From NCBI RefSeq assembly GCF_000738915.1, contig NW_026515635.1:1-64000 (forward strand): 64,000 nucleotides of DNA, in the 5' to 3' direction. A model generated the notes under the pieces. It saw only the letters and a list, made by a program, of their open reading frames with translations, was not told the origin of the DNA and searched no databases. Position numbers and translations under genes: made by a program. This stretch comes from Nematocida ausubeli (lineage: Eukaryota). This document shows positions 62,815 through 64,000 of the stretch, piece by piece (the stretch's first letter is position 1; every line of letters starts with the position of its first letter).

Positions 62815-63858
62815 ATGCTGAATATACTCACCCGAAAACAGCATTCAGATTTACGATACACAATTATGTCCCGGGGGCTTAGAATAGCACTCAAGGAATT
62901 ATTTGATGCAATTAAAGTTCTTCTTTGGATTCCTTCATATTATACAAATCATCCAGCTTCAACCCACGCATGGAACACATATGATCAAACCGAATTACAT
63001 GATGATAATTTTCATCAGGAGATGCAAGAAGAATACAATGAAGAAAAAAATAATACAGATGCACAGAGCACTGAGTTTACAGAAGAGAGCGAAAATTATG
63101 ACAACACACAGTCCAGCCACTTACAGAATATAGAGCATGAGTCATATGAAAATCCTTTCCCAGTTATTCAAACAACAAACTCAAAAAATATACTCAAAAG
63201 AGCTCTTAAATTCATACTTAAATTGCTGCAACTAACCACATACCTGTACATCGTACTATTCTTTCTTAAGTGTATTTACATTGCATTTAAGTTCCCATTC
63301 GTATATTGCGCCACATTTGGAATGTATATGGATGATGACGGCATCTTATTATCAATTTTCATGAACGAATCAATTATTTCTGGGTTTTTGAGATTCATAT
63401 ACTTTACTATGCTCCCACTTGTGATCATCTATAGGACAATGAAAAGAGAATATCCTTCGTTTAAAAAATATACTGTTTGCATTATCATAGCCATACTGAG
63501 CATTATTATTAGCAACACTATATCATACCTTGTATACAGAAAGGTTATTAATAGTGTATACATGTTTATACAGTCAAAAAACAATATTCTCTTTGATTTG
63601 GCACTTTCAGCCATAGTAACTCTAGTTTATGTGTCTACTGCATTTTCAGAGCTTTACAGCGCATGGGTTGCTAGCAAAATAGATCATGTATGGGATGCTG
63701 TGGAGTTCGGGCAGAAGATATATCTAATATATATTACTGCAAGTTTTTTATACGTTGCAGTTAGTATTGTAATTGTACTTTCCACACTATTCAAGCACAG
63801 CATTGTTGATGTGATAGCACATATACTTATGACAATAACTACTTTGTTTAGGATATAA
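62815..63858 (+). CDS. Hypothetical multi-pass membrane protein
   Basis: Acidic N-terminal loop followed by ~5-6 hydrophobic helices; alternative start at 62866. Confidence 0.75.
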   Translation: MLNILTRKQHSDLRYTIMSRGLRIALKELFDAIKVLLWIPSYYTNHPASTHAWNTYDQTELHDDNFHQEMQEEYNEEKNNTDAQSTEFTEESENYDNTQSSHLQNIEHESYENPFPVIQTTNSKNILKRALKFILKLLQLTTYLYIVLFFLKCIYIAFKFPFVYCATFGMYMDDDGILLSIFMNESIISGFLRFIYFTMLPLVIIYRTMKREYPSFKKYTVCIIIAILSIIISNTISYLVYRKVINSVYMFIQSKNNILFDLALSAIVTLVYVSTAFSELYSAWVASKIDHVWDAVEFGQKIYLIYITASFLYVAVSIVIVLSTLFKHSIVDVIAHILMTITTLFRI

Positions 63859-64000
63859 ATGATTTATAGAGCTTTTCTGACGATTAAATGAATTAGAGTT
63901 CTATTATACATCTAACTTCAATTTCACATCTTTACTAGACTGTTTTTCTATTCATGCCTCTCTCTGCTTTTTAGTTTTCAGTGCGAGCTATTCTGTCCAC

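Overview
Compact, intron-free eukaryotic DNA from a microsporidian, most likely Nematocida (inferred from divergent fungal-like housekeeping proteins, AAATTT/T-rich tracts just before ATGs, and a ~900-aa lineage-specific secreted family). Three domains. (1) 1-37.5 kb: housekeeping genes (LRR/BC-box protein, RPA3, PDS5, tRNA-Gly, MBF1, HOP2, TBL1, SEC11, an eroded PRP8, iPGM, ALG1-like, ARC1, eIF6, BRD8-like, NOP58, ELP4, MnSOD, CDC16, dTMP kinase). Their spacers are built of degenerate 10-11-bp-phased repeats and carry a recurrent TTCGGGTTA/TAACCCGAA motif. (2) 37.8-53.3 kb: a birth-and-death island of a large secreted gene family, with 3 intact paralogs, a nonsense pseudogene, decayed fragments, a LINE-like 3' remnant and duplicated promoter modules. 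(3) 53.5-64 kb: NSL1-like, a telobox-type Myb protein with a TTCGGGTTA cluster beside its stop codon, IleRS, SRP54 and a membrane protein. Most interesting candidates: the TAACCCGAA motif/Myb protein pair, the helically phased spacers, a possible Cys-His catalytic pair in the secreted family, structured non-coding islands, and relic PRP8/ALG1. All calls come from reading motifs by eye; no database search was run.
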